NCBI GenBank assembly: GCA_028286585.1
Contig: JAQBRI010000009.1
Location: 28,010 to 92,009, forward strand
Length of the DNA stretch: 64,000 nucleotides
Direction: 5' to 3'
From: Candidatus Kaiserbacteria bacterium
GTDB lineage: Bacteria; Patescibacteriota; Minisyncoccia; Phycocordibacterales; UBA2100
Translations under genes and position numbers: made by a program
Notes under the pieces: model-generated
Seen by the model: only the letters and a program-made list of their open reading frames with translations
Database searches by the model: none
What the model was told of the DNA's origin: nothing
Shown here: one piece after another, positions 47,901 to 53,900 of the stretch
Layout of the letters: every line of letters starts with the position of its first letter
Numbering within the stretch: the stretch's first letter is position 1

Positions 47901-50900
47901 AATCCAGCTAATCCTCCTGCGTTACCGTCGCCTCCTGCTCCGCCAATTCCGCCGGCACCTCCCGCGCCGCCAACAGAACTTGCTGCACCATTTGCACCAA
48001 CTCCTCCTGTGTTTCCAGTGCTTCCAATACCACCCGTTGCGGAAACTGCTCCCGTTGCATAACTATTCACTATATCGCTTTGTCCCCCTGTTGTAACAAA
48101 ATTCAATCCAATCAAGCCGCCGGCAAAACCCGAACCGCCGGCTGCAGCAAGCACAGCGCCACCGCCAGCACCTCCTGCAACTGTTGTTCTAGATGCGCCA
48201 CCATTTCCGGACGTTCCTGCTGTTCCCGCATTTCCGCCGGTTGAAGAAGCATTCCCAGTAGCATAATCAAAACTATAATTTACGATTCCAGAAGTAACAT
48301 TAGTGTACCCAACCAAACCACCTGCGTTACCATCGCCTCCGATACCTGCCGAACCGCCAAGTGCTCCTGCCGAACCTGCATGAGTTACGGTTCCGGTTGA
48401 ACCATCACCTCCCACACCACCTGCTCCACCAGTGCCTCCAGTTCCGCCGGTGACCGTAGCATTTCCCGTTGCATATGAATTAAGTATTTGTAATGTTTGT
48501 GTAGTTGCATTTATACGTCCAACGAGTCCTCCGCCATACGTCACACCACCTGCACCACCGGCACCTCCTGCACCACCTGCAGCTGCAATACCACTTGCAA
48601 TTGTGCTACCACTCGTGCCTCCTGCTCCTCCCACTCCTCCCGTTCCTCCAGTACCTCCCGTGACTGAAAAAGAAATCGAGGAGTACGAATTATTCTGAAT
48701 TGTTCCAAGGTTATCACCAACAAGTCCACCATAACTACGAGCGCTTCCGGCGCCTCCTGCACCTCCTGCAGTTCCTGTACCTCCGGCAAAGGCGCCTACT
48801 CCAGTTCCGCCCGCACCGCCAATTCCGCCGGTTCCTGCCGTTTGCTCAGTTCCCGAAATCGCGATCGTATCAGAATACGATGTTGTAATAATTCCGGCAG
48901 CACTATTAAATCCCGCAAGACCTCCAACAAATGTACCGCCGCCCGCGCCTCCTACGCCTCCAACTCCGCCGGCACCTCCTGCACTTCCAGCTGCAAGTCC
49001 CGAGCCTCCAGCACCGCCATTTGCACCATTTCCCATTGCACCGCCCGCGACACTAATATTTCCTTTTCCAGATCCGGCATCAACACTTGCATACGACGCA
49101 ATAATTTCGGATGCGTTATTTCCTACAAGTCCACCGACATGAATCAAACTGGACGCGCCACCGGCTCCGCCTGCTGATCCCGCTGCACCACCACCCGCCG
49201 CTCCGCTTCTTCCAGCGGTTCCGTTTTGTCCTGCACCCCCAGTCACATTGAGTGCAGTCTTTGAATACGAAGTCTGAATAACTCCGATCGAATATCCCAC
49301 AAGACCACCGACATATACGCCGCCGCCAGCACCTCCTGCACCACCTGCGCCTGCAATACCATAAAGCGCTGTTCCTGTTCCAACTCCGCCCGCGCCGCCC
49401 TGCGCGCTTGCTCCGCCGGCACTCCCTGTCACGGTAACGGTTCCCGTTTGTGAGTATGAATTAGTAATTGTTCCAACAAAGTTTTGTCCAACGAGTCCGC
49501 CGGCCTGCAGTGCACCAGCAACGAGTCCGCCGCCAGCACCTCCGGCACCGCCCACTCCGCCAGTACCACCTAAGTGGTTGGTCGCGAGTGTTCCATCGCC
49601 GCCCGCACCACCGACACCTCCTGCACCACCTGACCCACCAGTTGCATTCACATCGGATGTTGCATATGAATTATTTATAATTCCAGCAACGGTATTGTTT
49701 CTTCCTACCAAACCGCCTACGTTAACTGCTCCGGCCACACCGCCAGAAGCACCTGCGCCGCCCGCTGCTGCTGTGCCAGCTGAAATATTTCCCGAAGCTC
49801 CTGCAGTACCTCCAGCGCCCGCGGCACCACCGGCACCAGAAAAAGCACTTACTGCTCCTGTTGTATGAAAACTGCTTTGAATTGTGGTTGGACTGTCTCC
49901 CACCAAACCTCCCGTATAGTTAACTCCTCCACCTCCACCGACTGCTCCATTACCACCAGCACCCCCAAGAGACGCGGACCCTCCTGCACCACCGGCACCA
50001 CCAGAGCCCGATGCTCCACCTGCTCCCGATGTTCCTCGGATAATTCCTGTTGAACTTGATGTCGCAATATTTCCTCCAGAAGCTGCTGCTGCTGCGACAA
50101 GGCCACCTGCGTAGGATGCGCCGCCCAATCCAGCAGCTCCACCAGTTGCACCCGCTCCTCCCGCCGAGGCTGTACCGCCAGCACCTCCGGCGCCGCCATT
50201 TCCTGCAGCACCGCCCACTCCGGCAAGGACAGTCACGTTACCTGATGTAAATGAATTTCCAATAAAAACGTTTGTGTTTGTAAATCCAAGGAGTCCACCT
50301 CCGTTTGCAAATCCTCCTGCGCCTCCAATTCCTCCTACTGCTCCCGCGCCGCCCGTTATAGAATTTGTTACCCCGCTTCCGCCCGCGCCACCTACTGCAC
50401 CTGCACCGCCCGCTCCGCCCGTTACTGTTATGTTTCCTGAAGCGCGAGAATTATTTATCGACTGTCCAGTTCCCGAGTTAAATCCTTCGAGTCCGCCTGC
50501 GTATGCACCAAAGTTAAGTGCTCCGCCGCCTCCGCCCGCGCCACCAGTTCCACCGACTGCTCCATTTGTACCGGCAACTGCCGCACCGCCCGCACCACCG
50601 CTGCCTTCTGTAATAGTGACATCGTCGGATGATGACAATGATTCAATAATCACATCTGCAAGCGAATTGAGTCCGATAGCTCCGCCACTATAGATTGGTC
50701 CGGCAACACCACCCGCGCCTCCGGTTCCACCAGTTCCATTTCTTCCACTTCCCGATCCGCCCGCGCCGCCAGTTCCGCCAGTTCCCCCAACACCACCCGA
50801 ACCGCCAAGAGTTACAGTAATTGTTCCTCCACTACTTGAAGAGGAGGCAATATTTCCATTACCTTGTCCTGCGAGACCGCCAATATATACCACGCCACCT

Positions 50901-53900
50901 CCGCCGCCGGTACCTCCAGTTCCTGCTACTCCGCCTGCATGCCCTCCTGTTCCCAATGTTCCGTCTCCGCCATTTCCACCTGCGCCTCCCGTTCCGCCAC
51001 TTCTTCCGCTTGCGGTAAGACTACCAATAACGATGTCATTAATAAGGACTCCTGAGTTATCGCCAACAAGTCCACCGATGTATTCGGCACCGCCAACTCC
51101 ACCGATACCTCCGGTCCCTCCCGTTGCACCGGTGCCTCCGGCAATATTTCCCGAAGCACCAGCGGCACCTCCCGCTCCCGCGCCACCCGCGGCTCCTCCC
51201 ACAACACTAATAGAAGTAATTGTGTATGTTACGTCTCGAATGATTCCAGTATTGAAACCCATGATGCCTCCGCCCGCAGCAAGTCCGCCGGTACCACCGG
51301 CACCTCCTGCGCCGCCCGCTCCACCAATTGCTCCGGCTGTACTGCCGCCGGCACCACCCACTCCACCTGTGACGCCAGTACCTCCGGCACCTCCCGTTGA
51401 AGAAATAGTTCCAGTAGTATTTGGAAGACTGATTGTTGTTCCTAGGACACTATCGTTACCAATCACTCCTCCTGCGTATGACGCACCACCGACTCCTCCT
51501 GCACCTGATGTAATTCCCGCAGCTCCTGCAACACCAGCGCCCGATGTTCCAGGAGTTCCGGCAAGTCCACCATTTCCCGCAGCTCCGCCAAGAGCAACAG
51601 CATTGCCCGCAGCATATGAATCAGGACTTACGACCGCTGCATTAAATCCAACAAGGCCGCCCGCAGCGGCAAGTCCTCCGGCTTCGCCACTCAATCCGGC
51701 GACACCTCCCGTTGTACCAGCCGATCCGCCGGCAAACGCACCCGAAGAATTTCCTCCGTTTCCGGTTGTCGCTCCCGCCGCTCCTACTCCACCGGTTGCA
51801 AGTGCGTTACCTGATGCGTGCGAACCATTTTGAATTATTCCGTTTGTCGTATTAAAACCGACGAGTCCGCCCGCGTACGCAAGACCTGCGGCGTTTGATG
51901 CTGCAGCACTAGCCGAAGTATTTCCTCCAGCGCCGCCTGTTGTACCAGCTCCACCATTTCCTCCGCTGCCGCCGGCACCTCCCGCCCCGCCCGTCGCTGA
52001 GGCATTGCCTGTTGCGTACGAACCATTAATTACTCCACTACTATTTCCCGCGAGTCCTCCTGCGTACGCTGCCTTACCCAAAGCAACAGCAGCGCCTGCG
52101 CCGCCCGCAGCACCAGTGCCTCCGACACCTCCGTTACCACCGCTTCCAGTTACACCCGCGGTTGAAGTTGCGTTAATAGTCGCGTGTGATCCCAAAATGA
52201 CACCGCTTGTTGAATTGTTTGCGACGAGTCCGCCGGCGTATGCAAACCCGCCAAGCGAAACACTTGTTCCGCCAACTCCACCAACTCCGCCCAAAGCACC
52301 ACTTCCACCTGTGCCCCCTGCTCCACCATTTGCGCCTATTCCACTTGCTCCACCTTGTGAGATTACAGAACCGGATTCTATATATGCATTTATTATTGTC
52401 GAAGTATTCAAGCCGACGAGACCACCAGCAAACGAGTCCCCACCCGCGCCAGCAGTTCCCCCTGTTGCACCCACCGCACCAACATGTGATGACCCTCCTG
52501 CTGATCCGTTTCCAGCAACACCCGCTGCTCCACCATTTTTTCCAGTTGATCCGGTTGCAACAATACTTCCGGACGCGTATGAATTTATTATTTCGTTTAA
52601 GTTGTTACCCACGAGTCCGCCCGCGTATGCAATAGCACCAGCGCCACCGTTTCCGCCAAGTCCACCTGCTGCTGCAGTACCCGAGTTAAACGTTGCAGTT
52701 GTAGCGCCTCCCGCACCACCTGCACCAGCATTTCCTGGCGTGCCTCCTACAGATGTGACATTGCCCGTTGAGTATGAAGTGGTTCGAATGATACCGCCGT
52801 TTTGTCCGACAAGACCTCCAGCCGTACTGATACCACCCGCGCCACCGTTGCCTCCGGTCGCTCCAACTCCACCAATCGCATTTGTTCCGCCGGTGCCTCC
52901 TGCACCACCCACTCCGCCAATGCCACCAGTTCCTCCGGTTACTGTCGTGCTACCGACCGCATAACTTGTAGTGACTGTTCCCAATGAAATGATACCAACG
53001 AGTCCTCCACCAAATGCGGCACCTCCTGCACCTCCCGTTCCACCCAATGCTCCAGCTCCACCTGTTGTACTTGCTGCTCCAGTTCCACCGGCACCTCCTG
53101 CACCTCCAATTCCGCCCGTGCCTCCAAGAGAATTAACGGTGCCCGTTGCGTAGGAAGTTAAAATTTCTCCAGTCGTCAAAAATCCAACCAAGCCTCCAAC
53201 ATACGCAATACCTCCGACAGCTCCTGTTCCTCCGGTAATGCCGGCCAAACTTGTACCACCCGCGCCACCTGCTGCTGCAGCACCGCCCGCGCCTGCTGTG
53301 CCGCTCACGTTCCCTGTTGAAAAATCATTGGTCAATGTTGATCCAGTGTTGTTTCCTACAAATCCGCCCGCATACACAATACCCCCCGCTGTTGCGGTAC
53401 CCGCAGCTCCGGCAAGTGCACCGGTGCCGCCCGCACCCCCTGCTCCTGCTGCACCTCCTGCGCCCGCAACACCTGTAACTGATCCAATAGTGTAATTACT
53501 ATCAGTAATTGTGAGTGCATTATTTCCAGCAAGTCCTCCAACATACAGAATTGCACCTGCTCCTCCAATACCACCCGCAAGACCGGCGAGTCCGGTGAGT
53601 CCTGTAACTCCGTTTGCTCCGGCACCTCCTGCGCCGCCGGTTCCATTTACAATATTTTGTGCACTCGATGTTTGAATGATTCCTGTATTACTTCCCACGA
53701 GTCCGCCGGCATATGTTGAAAGCACGTTTGCAGATCCGCCGGTGCCCGATGCACCGCCCGCACCTGACGTTCCACTTGAACCTTTGGTACCGCCCGCGCC
53801 TCCCGTGCCGCCAACTCCACCCGTGCCGCCAACAACAGTCACTAATCCAGTATTTGAAAAAGATGAAATAATTATTCCCGAGTTAAGACCAACAAGTCCT